DNA of 64,000 bases from an uncultured Gemmatimonadales bacterium (GTDB taxonomy: Bacteria; Gemmatimonadota; Gemmatimonadetes; Longimicrobiales; Longimicrobiaceae), in the NCBI GenBank assembly GCA_963716255.1, contig OY970303.1, positions 7,136,001-7,200,000 on the forward strand. Direction: 5' to 3'. Each line of letters begins with the position of its first letter. The first letter of the stretch is position 1. The notes under the pieces were generated by a model, which did no database searches, was not told where the DNA came from, and was given only the letters and a program-made list of their open reading frames with translations. This document shows positions 52,836 through 62,465 of this stretch, in pieces. A program made the translations under genes and the position numbers.

Positions 52836-54613
52836 TGCACATCCTGGGGATCTCCTGCTTCTACCACGACGCGGCGGCGGCGCTGGTGCGCGACGGCGTG
52901 GTGGTGGCCGCCGCCGAGGAGGAGCGCTTCAGCCGGCGCAAGCACGACCCGCGGTTCCCCCGCCGGGCCGTGGACTTCTGCCTGGAGCACGCGGGGATCG
53001 CGGCGGGCGACCTGGACTACGTGGTCTTCTACGAGAAGCCGCTCGTCAAGTTCGAGCGCATCCTCACCACGGCCCTGCGGTCCTTTCCGCGCTCGTGGAA
53101 GGGCTTCGGGGAGTCCATGATCACCTGGCTGGACGAGAAGCTGTGGATCAAGGCGGTCATCCAGAAGGAGCTGGGGATCGCCGCGGAGCGCGTCCTGTTC
53201 ACCGACCACCACACCGCGCACGCGGCGAGCGCCTTCTTCTGCTCGCCCTTCGCGAGCGCCGCCGTGCTGACGGTGGACGGGGTGGGGGAGTGGACCACCA
53301 GCGCCGCCGGAACGGCCACCGGTGCGTGGGAGGAAGGCGGGAGGAACAGCATCGACCTCGCGCGCGAGACGCGCTTCCCGCACTCGCTGGGGCTGCTGTA
53401 CTCCGCGTTCACCGCCTGGCTGGGCTTCGAGGTGAACGAGGGGGAGTACAAGGTCATGGGGATGGCCCCGTACGGCGAGCCGAAGTACCAGGACCGCGTC
53501 CGCCGGGTGGTGCGGGTGGCGGAGGACGGCTCCTTCCGGCTGGAGATGGACTTCTTTTCCTTCCACCATTCGCCGGAGCACTCCTACTCTCCCAGGTTCG
53601 TGGAGCTCTTCGGGCCGGCGCGCGACCCGGGCGCGGAGTTTGTCACCCGCCTCACGCACCCGGGGCGCGCCGCGGACGCGCGCGAGCTGGAGCGCAACCA
53701 GTACTACGCGGACGTGGCCGCGAGCATCCAGCGGGTGGTGGAGGACACGCTGGTGGCGATGGCGGCGCACCTGCGGCGCAGCACCGGCGAGACACGACTG
53801 TGCATGGCGGGCGGGGTGGCGCTCAACAGCGTCGCCAACGGCCGCATCCTGCGCGAATCGGGGTTCGAGGAGCTGTACGTGCAGCCCGCGGCGGGGGACG
53901 CCGGGGGGGCGGTGGGCGCTGCGCTCTACGCATACCACGTGGTGCTGGGGATGCCGCGGGTGTACGTGATGGAGGACGCCTACCTGGGCAGGGAGTACGG
54001 CGAGGACGAGGCCCGGGCATTCCTGGACGCGCGCGGCGTCCGCTACGAGGTGTACGACGACGAGGCCCGGATGCTGGACCGCCTGGTGGACGACCTGCTG
54101 GACGGCCGGGCGATCGGGTGGTCGCAGGGCCGGTTCGAGTGGGGTCCGCGCGCGCTGGGGAACCGCAGCATCCTCGCCGACCCGCGGCGCGAGGAGATGA
54201 AGGCGACCGTCAACGAGAAGATCAAGCTCCGCGAGCCCTTCCGCCCCTTCGCCCCGGCGATCCTGGAGGAGCGCGCGGGCGACTTCTTCGACGGGATCCC
54301 CGACCCGGCGCGGCACTGGACCGCCCGCTTCATGCTGGCGGTGCTCCCCTGGAAGGAGGCAGGCGGGCGGCTCGCCCCGGCGGTGAACCACCTGGGGACG
54401 GGGCGCCTGCAGACGGTGCGCAGGGAGTGGAACCCACGCTACCACGGGCTGATCTCGCGCTTCGGCGAGGCCACCGGGGTCCCGGTTCTCATGAACACCA
54501 GCTTCAACCTCCGCGGCGAGCCTATCGTCGCCACCCCCGCGGACGCCTTCGGCACCTTCAGCCGCAGCGGGCTGGACGTGCTGGTGCTCGGCAGCGTCGT
54601 GGTGCGCCGGTGA
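52835..54613 (+). CDS. O-carbamoyltransferase (NodU/CmcH/TobZ/SxtI family)
   Basis: ILGISCFYHDAAAAL, EEERF.R.KH, HHTAHAASAF, DGVGE, GEYKVMGMAPYG, GGVALN, GPRALGNRSIL, NTSFN. Confidence 0.96.
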   Translation: MHILGISCFYHDAAAALVRDGVVVAAAEEERFSRRKHDPRFPRRAVDFCLEHAGIAAGDLDYVVFYEKPLVKFERILTTALRSFPRSWKGFGESMITWLDEKLWIKAVIQKELGIAAERVLFTDHHTAHAASAFFCSPFASAAVLTVDGVGEWTTSAAGTATGAWEEGGRNSIDLARETRFPHSLGLLYSAFTAWLGFEVNEGEYKVMGMAPYGEPKYQDRVRRVVRVAEDGSFRLEMDFFSFHHSPEHSYSPRFVELFGPARDPGAEFVTRLTHPGRAADARELERNQYYADVAASIQRVVEDTLVAMAAHLRRSTGETRLCMAGGVALNSVANGRILRESGFEELYVQPAAGDAGGAVGAALYAYHVVLGMPRVYVMEDAYLGREYGEDEARAFLDARGVRYEVYDDEARMLDRLVDDLLDGRAIGWSQGRFEWGPRALGNRSILADPRREEMKATVNEKIKLREPFRPFAPAILEERAGDFFDGIPDPARHWTARFMLAVLPWKEAGGRLAPAVNHLGTGRLQTVRREWNPRYHGLISRFGEATGVPVLMNTSFNLRGEPIVATPADAFGTFSRSGLDVLVLGSVVVRR

Positions 54614-55755
54614 CGCCCCCGGCACCGGCCCCGCGCGGCGCGGCGCGCATCCCCACCCTGGACGGGTGGCGCGGCCTCGCGATCGCGATGGTGGTGGTCG
54701 CCCACGCCGCCGGCCCGCTCCTCCACGCGGGGAAGCTGCCGCCGGGGTGGGTGCACGCGGTGTACCTGGGCCGGTACGGCGTGGCGCTCTTCTTCGGGCT
54801 GAGCGGCCTGCTCATCTGCACGCGCCTGCTGGACGAGCTGCGCGCCGCCGGGCGGATCTCGCTGGGCGGCTTCTACCTGCGCCGCGGCTTCCGCATCCTC
54901 GTCCCGGCGGCGGCGTACCTGGCGGCCGTGGGCGTCCTCGGCGCCCTGGGGATCCTCCCGGTGGATCCCCGGGAGTGGCGGGCGGCGCTGCTGTTCTTCC
55001 GCAACTACGTGCCGGTGTTCTTTGACGGGGGCGCGGGGCGGTACACGGGGCACTTCTGGTCGCTGGCGGTGGAGGAGCACTTCTACCTCCTCTTCCCGCT
55101 CCTGCTGGCCTGGCGCCGGGGGCGGCGGTGCCTCCCCTGGCTGGTCGCCGCGGCGGGGGCGACCGCGGCGTGGAGGTACCTGGACGGGCACCACGGCTGG
55201 GGGGCGGGGTGGCTGGGGCTGGCCCCGTACACCGCGGAATACCGCACCGACGTCCGCATGGACGGGCTGCTGTGGGGGTGCGTGATGGCGCTGCTCCTGG
55301 ACGACCCCGCCCGGCGCGCCCTGCTGGCGCGCGCGCTCCGGCCCGCCGCCTGGGCGTGCGTGGCCGGGACGTACGCGGCGCTGGTGTGGCTGGCGTGGCC
55401 CGGCTTCCTGTGGAGCGCGCTCCTGGTGCCGCCCATGCTGGCGGGGACGGTGCTGCACCCGCGCGCGCTCCCCGCGCGGGTGCTGGAGTGGGAGCCGCTG
55501 CGCCGCCTGGGCGGGATCTCGTACAGCCTGTACCTGTGGCACATCCTGTTCATGCCCCAGCTGGCGGAGAACGCTCCGCTGGGGGTGCTGCAGGCATTCC
55601 CGCTGAACCTGGCCTGCGCCTTCGCGATGGCCGCGGCGAGCCGCCGCTGGGTGGAGCTCCCGGCCGTCCGCGCCGGGGAGCGGGCCCTGGCGCGCCTGCG
55701 GGAGCGCCGCCCGCTCGCGCCTCGCCGCGCGCGCATGCGGACGGCGGGCGCGTAG
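54610..55755 (+). CDS. Acyltransferase family 3 (OafA-like O-acetyltransferase)
   Basis: LDGWRGLAI, FFGLSG, FYLRRGFRI, HFWSLAVEEHFY, ISYSLYLWH. Confidence 0.93.
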   Translation: MTPPAPAPRGAARIPTLDGWRGLAIAMVVVAHAAGPLLHAGKLPPGWVHAVYLGRYGVALFFGLSGLLICTRLLDELRAAGRISLGGFYLRRGFRILVPAAAYLAAVGVLGALGILPVDPREWRAALLFFRNYVPVFFDGGAGRYTGHFWSLAVEEHFYLLFPLLLAWRRGRRCLPWLVAAAGATAAWRYLDGHHGWGAGWLGLAPYTAEYRTDVRMDGLLWGCVMALLLDDPARRALLARALRPAAWACVAGTYAALVWLAWPGFLWSALLVPPMLAGTVLHPRALPARVLEWEPLRRLGGISYSLYLWHILFMPQLAENAPLGVLQAFPLNLACAFAMAAASRRWVELPAVRAGERALARLRERRPLAPRRARMRTAGA

Positions 55756-57654
55756 ATGTGCGGGATCGCGGGGGAGCTGGCGTTCCACGGGGCCGCGCCC
55801 GTCGCCCGGGAGCGGGTGGACGCGATGCGCGACGCCATGGCGCACCGCGGGCCGGACGGCGCGGGGACGTGGGTGTCGGAGGACGGCGCCGTGGGGCTGG
55901 GGCACCGCCGGCTGGCCGTCATCGACCTGTCCGACGCCGCGGCGCAGCCCATGGCCAGCGGGGACGGGCGGCTGCGCCTGGTCTTCAACGGCGAGATCTA
56001 CAACCACGCCGAGCTGCGGCGCGAGCTGGAGCGCGCGGGGCGCCGCCGCTGGGTGACGGACCACTCGGACACCGAGGTGATCCTGCACGCCTTCGAGGCG
56101 TGGGGGATGGACATGCTCCACCGCTTCCGGGGGATGTGGGCCTTCGCGCTCTGGGACGACCGCCGCCGGGAGCTGTGGCTGGTGCGCGACCGCGTGGGCG
56201 TCAAGCCGCTGTACTACGCGCTGCACCCCCGCGGGCTGGTGTTCGCCTCGGAGATCAAGGCGCTCCTGCGGCACCCCGCGCGGCCCCGCGCCGTGGACGA
56301 GGTGGCGCTGTACCACTACCTGTCGTTCCTCGCCACGCCCGGGCCGGACACCCTGTTCGCCGGGGTGCGCAAGCTCCCCGGGGGGTGCCTGCTGCGCGTG
56401 GACGCGGAGGGGCGGGTGGAGGAGCGCCGCTGGTGGGACGTGTGGGACCACGTGCGCCCGCTGCGCGGCGCGAGCGACGGCGAACTGGCCGAGCGCGTGC
56501 TGCACGAGCTGACGGAGGCGGTCCGCCTGCGAAAGGTGAGCGACGTGCCCGTGGGGGTCTTCCTTTCCGGCGGGATCGACTCCAGCGCGAACGCGGCGCT
56601 CTTCTCGGCGGACCGCGCGGGGCCGGTGAAGACCTTTTCCATCGGCTACGCCGGCGACCACCCCAGCGCCCCCGACGAGCTCCAGCACGCCCGCCGCGTG
56701 GCCGAGGCGCTGGGAACCGAGCACCACGAGCGGCGCCTCACCGAGGACGACCTCCTCGGCTTCCTCCCGGAGATGGTCCGGCTCCAGGACGAGCCGGTCG
56801 CCGACCCGGTGTGCGTGCCTGTGCACTTCCTGGCCCGGATGGCGAGGGCGGAGGGGGTGGTGGTGGCGCAGGTGGGGGAGGGGGCGGACGAGCTGTTCTG
56901 GGGGTACCCCGGCTGGAAGCGCGCCCTGGAGCTGGAGCGCTGGAACGCGCTCCCCGTGCCGGCGGCGGCGAAGCGCGCCGGTCTGCTGGCGCTGCGCGCG
57001 GGCGGCAAGGGGCGCTCGCACCCGTACGAGCTGCTGCGGCGCGGCGCGGCCGGGCTGCCCCTGTTCTGGGGCGGGGCGGAGGCCTTCGGCGAGGCGCGCA
57101 AGCGGGCGCTTCTCTCGCCGGCGCTGCTCCGGCGGCTCCCCGCCGGGCTCACCTCGTGGGAGGCGGTGCGGCCGGTGCGGGAGCGCTTCCTGGAGGCGGC
57201 CTGGGAGCCGTCGCCGCTGCACTGGATGTCGTACCTGGACCTGCGGATGCGCCTCCCGGAGCTGCTCCTCATGCGCGTGGACAAGATGTGCATGGGCGCC
57301 GGGGTGGAGGGGCGGGTCCCCTTCCTGGACCACCGGCTGGTGGAGCTCGCCTTCAGCATTCCCGCCGCGGCGAAGACGCGCGGGGGCGACCTCAAGCACC
57401 TGCTCAAGAAGGCGGTGCGCGGCGTGGTCCCGGACGAGGTGACCCGCCGGCCCAAGCAGGGCTTCGGCGTGCCCGTGCAGGAATGGTTCTCGGGGCGGCT
57501 GGGTCGGGTGGCGCGCGCGGAGCTGGAGCGCTTCTGCCGCGACACCGACTTCCTGGACGTCCGCGAGGTCCGGCGCACGCTCGACCGGGGCGACGCCCGG
57601 GGGGCGTGGTACCTCCTCAACCTGGCGCTCTGGTGGAGGGAGCACCTGGCGTGA
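55756..57654 (+). CDS. asnB: Asparagine synthase (glutamine-hydrolysing) family amidotransferase, probably glycan amidation
   Basis: MCGIAG, HRGPD, NGEIYN, SDTEV, LSGGIDSS, GEGADELF, RVPFLD, KQGF. Confidence 0.93.
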   Translation: MCGIAGELAFHGAAPVARERVDAMRDAMAHRGPDGAGTWVSEDGAVGLGHRRLAVIDLSDAAAQPMASGDGRLRLVFNGEIYNHAELRRELERAGRRRWVTDHSDTEVILHAFEAWGMDMLHRFRGMWAFALWDDRRRELWLVRDRVGVKPLYYALHPRGLVFASEIKALLRHPARPRAVDEVALYHYLSFLATPGPDTLFAGVRKLPGGCLLRVDAEGRVEERRWWDVWDHVRPLRGASDGELAERVLHELTEAVRLRKVSDVPVGVFLSGGIDSSANAALFSADRAGPVKTFSIGYAGDHPSAPDELQHARRVAEALGTEHHERRLTEDDLLGFLPEMVRLQDEPVADPVCVPVHFLARMARAEGVVVAQVGEGADELFWGYPGWKRALELERWNALPVPAAAKRAGLLALRAGGKGRSHPYELLRRGAAGLPLFWGGAEAFGEARKRALLSPALLRRLPAGLTSWEAVRPVRERFLEAAWEPSPLHWMSYLDLRMRLPELLLMRVDKMCMGAGVEGRVPFLDHRLVELAFSIPAAAKTRGGDLKHLLKKAVRGVVPDEVTRRPKQGFGVPVQEWFSGRLGRVARAELERFCRDTDFLDVREVRRTLDRGDARGAWYLLNLALWWREHLA

Positions 57655-58952
57655 GCGCGCCCGTGGACGCCGCCCCGCCGGGCCGGCCGTGGACGCGCGC
57701 GGCGTGGCTCCCCCGCCGGGGCTCGCCTCTCGCCCGCTCGGTGCTGGAAACGCTGGGCACCCGCGTGGTCCTGCTGGGGCTGGCGATGGTGGCCAACGTG
57801 CTGGTGGCGCGGGCGCTGGGGCCGGCGGGGCGCGGCTACTACGGCGTGGCCGGCGCGGTCACCGGGCTCGCCGTGCAGTTCGGGACGTTCGGCCTGCATG
57901 CCTCGAACACCTTCCACGTGGCGAGGGGACGCGGCCGCGTCCCGCTCCTCGTCGCCAACAGCCTCCTGGTGGCCTTCGGGCTGGGAGGTCTGATCGCGGC
58001 GGTCTGCTTCGGGGTGTTCTTCCGCTGGCCGGAGCGCGCGCCGCTGTACGGGCTCCCCATGGTGCTGGCGCTGGCGGCGGTCCCCTTCTCGCTCGCCTAC
58101 GTCCTCCTGCAGAGCGTGCTCCTGGGGCTGGAGGAGTTCCGGACCTGCAACAAGCTGGAGGCGGCGCTGGCGCTGTTCGGGCTCGCCTGGGCGGCTGCGC
58201 TGGTCGTGGCGGGGCGGGCCACGGTGACCACGCTGCTGGCGGGGGCGGTGCTGGGCGCCGTGCTGGTCTCCGGCGCGGCGCTGGCCCGGCTGAAGCCGTA
58301 CCTGCGGGGGCGGGTGCGCCCGTCGCGGGAACTGCTTGGCTCCACGCTCCGGTACGGGCTCCGGGGGTACGCGGCCGGCTGCTTCGCCTACCTGGTGCAG
58401 CGCACCGACCTGCTGATCCTGGACCGGGTGCACGGCTCGCGGGAGACCGGGTACTACGCCGCCGCGGTGTCGGTCGCCATGGTGCTGGGCGTGGTGCCCA
58501 CGGCGCTGGGCACCATCCTCTTCCCCCGCCTCTCGGCGATGCGGGACCCGGAGGAGCGGTGGCGCGTGGTGGCGCGGGTGCTCCCGCGGCTCGCCGTGGT
58601 GATGGCGGCGGCGGCGGCGCTGGGGGCGCTGCTCGCCGGGCCGGCGGTGCACCTGCTCTTCGGCGCCGAGTTCGCCCCGGCGGTGGCGCCGCTGCGCCTG
58701 CTGATGCCGGCGGTGCTGCTGCTTTCCGTCAACTCGGTGCTGATGAACTACCTGGCGTCGTCGGGGATGCCGCCCGTGACGGTGTACTCGCCGGCGGCGG
58801 CCACGGCGGTCAACGTGGCGCTCAACCTGTGGCTGATCCCCCGATTGGGCGGGACCGGCGCGGCGGTCTCGTCGCTGGTGGCGTACGCCTGCATGGTGGC
58901 GTTCAGCGTGGCGTACCTGCGCCGGGAGCGGCGCCGGAGGGAAGGGCGGTGA
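57651..58952 (+). CDS. Wzx-like oligosaccharide flippase (MOP family)
   Basis: ARALGPAGRGYY, RTDLLIL..GYYAAA, NLWLIPRLGGTGAAVS; about 12 hydrophobic segments. Confidence 0.85.
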   Translation: MSAPVDAAPPGRPWTRAAWLPRRGSPLARSVLETLGTRVVLLGLAMVANVLVARALGPAGRGYYGVAGAVTGLAVQFGTFGLHASNTFHVARGRGRVPLLVANSLLVAFGLGGLIAAVCFGVFFRWPERAPLYGLPMVLALAAVPFSLAYVLLQSVLLGLEEFRTCNKLEAALALFGLAWAAALVVAGRATVTTLLAGAVLGAVLVSGAALARLKPYLRGRVRPSRELLGSTLRYGLRGYAAGCFAYLVQRTDLLILDRVHGSRETGYYAAAVSVAMVLGVVPTALGTILFPRLSAMRDPEERWRVVARVLPRLAVVMAAAAALGALLAGPAVHLLFGAEFAPAVAPLRLLMPAVLLLSVNSVLMNYLASSGMPPVTVYSPAAATAVNVALNLWLIPRLGGTGAAVSSLVAYACMVAFSVAYLRRERRRREGR

Positions 58953-59776
58953 GCCACGGCGAGTTCGGGCGCGTCTACCGCTCGGCGGTGGACGCGGCGT
59001 GGGGGCGGTGGAGCCCCGCCATGCAGGAGGAGATCGCCCGCCACTGCCGCGGGTGGGCCCCCGGACGCTACGACTTCCGGGGCTACCTGGACGCGTCGGT
59101 GGAGCGCTACCACCGGGCCTACCTGGAGCTGGAGCGGCACGGCGGCCGTCGGGTGTGCGACGTGGGGGGCTTCTGGGGGGTGTTCGCGACCACGCTGGCG
59201 CGGCTCGGCTTCCACGTCACCCTGACGGAGGCGCTGCGCTTCTACGGCCCGTCCTTCCGGGGCCTGTTCGACCTGGCGGCGGCGGAAGGGGTGCGCGTGC
59301 TGGACCACGACCCCTTCCAGCCGGAGCGGCCGCTGGAGGGGCCGTTCGACTTCGTCGCGGTGATGGCGGTGCTGGAGCACTACCCGCACTCGCTGCGCGA
59401 CTTCGCGGCCAACGTGGCGGCCGGGCTGGCCCCGGGGGGCGCCCTGTTCCTGGAGGTCCCCAACGTGGCGCACTGGCCGAAGCGCATCAACCTGCTGCGC
59501 GGGGTGTCGCCGCTCCCGTCGGTGCGCGAGATCTGGGAGTCGGACACACCGTTCACCGGCCACCACCACGAGTTCAGCCGCGCGGAGCTGCGCGACCTGG
59601 CGGGGCTCGCCGGGCTGGAGGTGCGGGCGGAGCAGGCCTTCAACTACTCGCCGCGCCGCGGCGGGTGGAAGTACCGGGCGCTGGTGGGCCCCGTGGAGTC
59701 GCTCGCCTTCCGCCTGCTCCCCGACAGCCGCGAGTGCCTGGCGGTCACCTGCGTGCGGCCGGAGGGGCCGGGGTGA
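58949..59776 (+). CDS. SAM-dependent methyltransferase
   Basis: VCDVGGFWG, MAVLEH, LAPGGALFLEVPN, HHHEFS. Confidence 0.82.
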   Translation: MSHGEFGRVYRSAVDAAWGRWSPAMQEEIARHCRGWAPGRYDFRGYLDASVERYHRAYLELERHGGRRVCDVGGFWGVFATTLARLGFHVTLTEALRFYGPSFRGLFDLAAAEGVRVLDHDPFQPERPLEGPFDFVAVMAVLEHYPHSLRDFAANVAAGLAPGGALFLEVPNVAHWPKRINLLRGVSPLPSVREIWESDTPFTGHHHEFSRAELRDLAGLAGLEVRAEQAFNYSPRRGGWKYRALVGPVESLAFRLLPDSRECLAVTCVRPEGPG

Positions 59777-60549
59777 GCGCGGCGGGGCTCCCCCCGGAGA
59801 ACCTGTACGGCCACACCAAGAAGCTGCGCTTCATCCTGGAGCGGGTGGAGGCGTTCCGCCGCGCCCGCGGCCGCCCGGTCCGGCTCCTGGACTTCGGCTG
59901 CGGCAACGGCGCGGCGGTGTCGCGCTTCCTGGCGGGCCCCGGCATCCGCTACCACGGGGTGGACGTGCACCCGGAGTCGCTGGCCCACGCCCGGCGCGCC
60001 TTCGGGAGCGCGGAGGCCACCTTCCACGAGCGGGTCCCCGACGGCGTGGAGTTCGACGTGATCGTCTACGCCGACGTGCTGGAGCACCTGGCGGACCCGG
60101 CCGCGACGCTGCGGGAGCACGTGGCTCTCCTGGCGCCGGACGGCCTGGTGCTGGGCGCGGTCCCCAACGGCTACGGCCCGTTCGAGATGGAGCACCGCCT
60201 GATCCGGCTCCCCGGCGTCCGCCACGCCATCCGCCTGGGCGGCCGCCTGCGCCGCCTGGGCGCCGCCCCCGCGCCCCCCTCCGCCGACGCGCTCCCGTAC
60301 AACCTGGCCTCGGGCCACGTGCAGTTCTTTTCCCTCCCCGCGCTCCGCCGCTGCCTCCGCTCCGCCGGCCTGGAGCCGACCGAGGTGAGGAACGGCGCCT
60401 TCGTGGGCGCGCCGGTCAGCGAGCGCTTCCTGCTGCGCGGCGAGGCGGTGGCGCGCGCCAACGCGCGCGCCGCGGACTTCCTGCCGCACTGGATCGTGTC
60501 CACGTGGTACTTCGCCGCGGTGCTGCGGGAGGGGCCGCCACCCGGCTGA
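59773..60549 (+). CDS. SAM-dependent methyltransferase
   Basis: LLDFGCGNG, DVLEHL, VPNGYG, HVQFFS. Confidence 0.88.
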   Translation: MSAAGLPPENLYGHTKKLRFILERVEAFRRARGRPVRLLDFGCGNGAAVSRFLAGPGIRYHGVDVHPESLAHARRAFGSAEATFHERVPDGVEFDVIVYADVLEHLADPAATLREHVALLAPDGLVLGAVPNGYGPFEMEHRLIRLPGVRHAIRLGGRLRRLGAAPAPPSADALPYNLASGHVQFFSLPALRRCLRSAGLEPTEVRNGAFVGAPVSERFLLRGEAVARANARAADFLPHWIVSTWYFAAVLREGPPPG

Positions 60550-60550
60550 G

Positions 60551-60909
60551 CCCTCACCGGGCTCGCTTGAGGCTCGCCACCCTTTCTCTTCATTCGGTTT
60601 CACGCGAAGCGTGAAGCGCCATTCCTGGGAGAGGGGCCCACAGCGTGTGCTCCGGCGGGCTCCGGTGTTCGGGGTCGGCCGGGGCAGGCTCCTCCGGCGG
60701 TGCGACACCCGAAGGGACTCGCAGAGCACTCGCCCACCGGTTGAGCAGGTTCGCGAGATCACGTTGGCTTCGAACAAACGCACCGCCTGCGGACCCTCCC
60801 CCGACCTCCCGACGCAGATCGCAACGGCAACGGCAACGCCCCTGGAACGACAGGAAACCCTCCCCCAGAATTGGGGGAGGGTGGCGAGCCTAAGCGAGCC
60901 GGGTGGGGG
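60551..60909. mobile_element. Candidate non-autonomous element with ~32-bp imperfect terminal inverted repeats
   Basis: Left CCCTCACCGGGCTCGCTTGAGGCTCGCCACCC, right GGGTGGCGAGCCTAAGCGAGCCGGGTGGGGG. It encloses the second repeat family copy B. Mobility is inferred, not shown. Confidence 0.5.
60645..60840. repeat. Second repeat family, copy B
   Basis: Matches 34214-34384 at both ends with a longer variable centre; ends in a GCAACG tandem run. Confidence 0.88.
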
Positions 60910-60916
60910 CACCCCC

Positions 60917-61066
60917 GCGGACGCCAGCGCGAGACCCGCGTGAGGGATTCCGGCCCGAAGGGGCGAGACCCGGCGGCAGTTTGCCGGGGCTCGACTCCGT
61001 TGGGCTGCGTCGTTTGCAGCCCTACGGAGCCGAAGCCCGACCCCGGCGCCAGCCGGGGGCACGCCC
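60917..61066 (+). repeat. Structured element, copy 7 (core 60938-61066)
   Basis: Arms CGGC-GGCAGTTT-GCCG and GGGCTGC-GTCGTTT-GCAGCCC. Confidence 0.95.
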
Positions 61067-61090
61067 GAACCCGCCGTTAGCCGTAGCCGT

Positions 61091-62380
61091 TCAGTCGGTA
61101 AGAAGCCCCGGGTACACCACCCCGTCCGGGGCGTCGAAGTCGAGCCCGAGAAGCTCCGCCACCAGCGGCGCGATCCCGGTGAGCGGCAGGAGCGGCGCGA
61201 CGGCGCCCGCGCGGATCCCCGCCCCCGCCGCCACCAGCCCGGTGTGCATCTCCGGGTGGTCGGGGTGGTGGCCGTGGCTCATCCCGGGATTGGGCCGCAG
61301 CGCCGGCCCCTCCGCCCGCGAGTCGATCACGAACCCGGGCGCCGCCGCCAGCGCGAAGGGCGAGTCGGGGTCGCTCCCCAGGGCGTCCAGCTCGGCCCGC
61401 TCCACCACCCGGAAGGTCGCCCGCACCGCCCCCGGGAGGGCGTCGAGAAGGCGGCGCGCCGCGGCCGCGCCGTCGGGGGCGGAGGGGTGGACGCGCAGGA
61501 GGGCGGAGCCGCCCAGGGCGTGGAAGGTGGCCTGCCAGTCGCCACCCTCCAGGCGCGGGGGGCGCAGCCCCGCCTCCGCCAGCCAGGCGTTGGGGCGAAC
61601 CTGGGTGTGCACCTCCATCATCCCGTGGTCGCCGGTGACGACGACGGCGGTGCGGTCCCAGGCGCGGGTGCGCTCCACCACCTCCAGGAGCAGGCTCACC
61701 ACCTGGTCCGACGCGGCCACCGCCCGCGCCCGCCGCGGGTTGCGCCAGTCCGGCTCCTGCGGCACCTGCACCGTGGCCTGCGTGTGCACCATCAGCAGCG
61801 TGGGGCGGCGGCGCTCGAACAGGTACGCCGCCATCGCCGCGACGTGCAGGTCGTGGGCGAGGAGCCGGTTGCTGAAGTTGTCCGCCGTGAGCCGGCCGGC
61901 CGCTTCCCGCTCCAGCTCGTCGAGCAGCCCGGGGGGCGCGGCGGCGGCGCGGAGCGCGTCCACCAGGCGATCGTCGCTCCCGGGCCACACGTCCGGGACG
62001 TTCCAGTCGATCGCGGCGCCCACGGTCAGCGGCCACCCCAGCGCGGCCGTGGTACCGCCGCGGGCGCGGACGGCGTCCCAGAGCGCCGGCACCCGGATCA
62101 TCGAGGCGTCCTTGAGCCAGGGCGCGTCCTCGACCGGGTCGAACGCGCGGTCGCCGTGGATGCCGTGGCGGACGGGGAGCGCGCCCGTGGCCAGCGTGGT
62201 GTGCGCGGGGTAGGTGAGCGAGGGGAAGATGCTGCGGACCGCGACGGCGTGGGCCCCCTCGCGGTACAGATGCCGCATGGCCGGCGCGGGCCAGGCGGGG
62301 TCCAGGTAGTACGCGGGGAGGAGGCCGTCCACGGAAACCAGGACGACGTGCTCGGCCCTCGGCCTGCGGTGTGTGTCCAT
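61091..62380 (-). CDS. Alkaline phosphatase superfamily / nucleotide pyrophosphatase-phosphodiesterase
   Basis: VVLVSVDGL, FPSLTYPAHTTLATG (catalytic Thr), TGDHG, HGH. Start re-called at MDTH because the ORF-track extension runs through repeat copy 8. Confidence 0.88.
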   Translation of the reverse strand: MDTHRRPRAEHVVLVSVDGLLPAYYLDPAWPAPAMRHLYREGAHAVAVRSIFPSLTYPAHTTLATGALPVRHGIHGDRAFDPVEDAPWLKDASMIRVPALWDAVRARGGTTAALGWPLTVGAAIDWNVPDVWPGSDDRLVDALRAAAAPPGLLDELEREAAGRLTADNFSNRLLAHDLHVAAMAAYLFERRRPTLLMVHTQATVQVPQEPDWRNPRRARAVAASDQVVSLLLEVVERTRAWDRTAVVVTGDHGMMEVHTQVRPNAWLAEAGLRPPRLEGGDWQATFHALGGSALLRVHPSAPDGAAAARRLLDALPGAVRATFRVVERAELDALGSDPDSPFALAAAPGFVIDSRAEGPALRPNPGMSHGHHPDHPEMHTGLVAAGAGIRAGAVAPLLPLTGIAPLVAELLGLDFDAPDGVVYPGLLTD

Positions 62381-62465
62381 GCTCTCTCTGCGTCCGTGGT
62401 CGCTGCTGAACCCCGCTTTCCACGTCGCAAGCGGCAGGCCGGACACGGGGTGAACGGCGGGTTTC

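Noticed and set aside
52154..54613. Saxitoxin biosynthesis
   Set aside because: Only the generic carbamoylation cassette is present; no sxtA/G/B-like genes.
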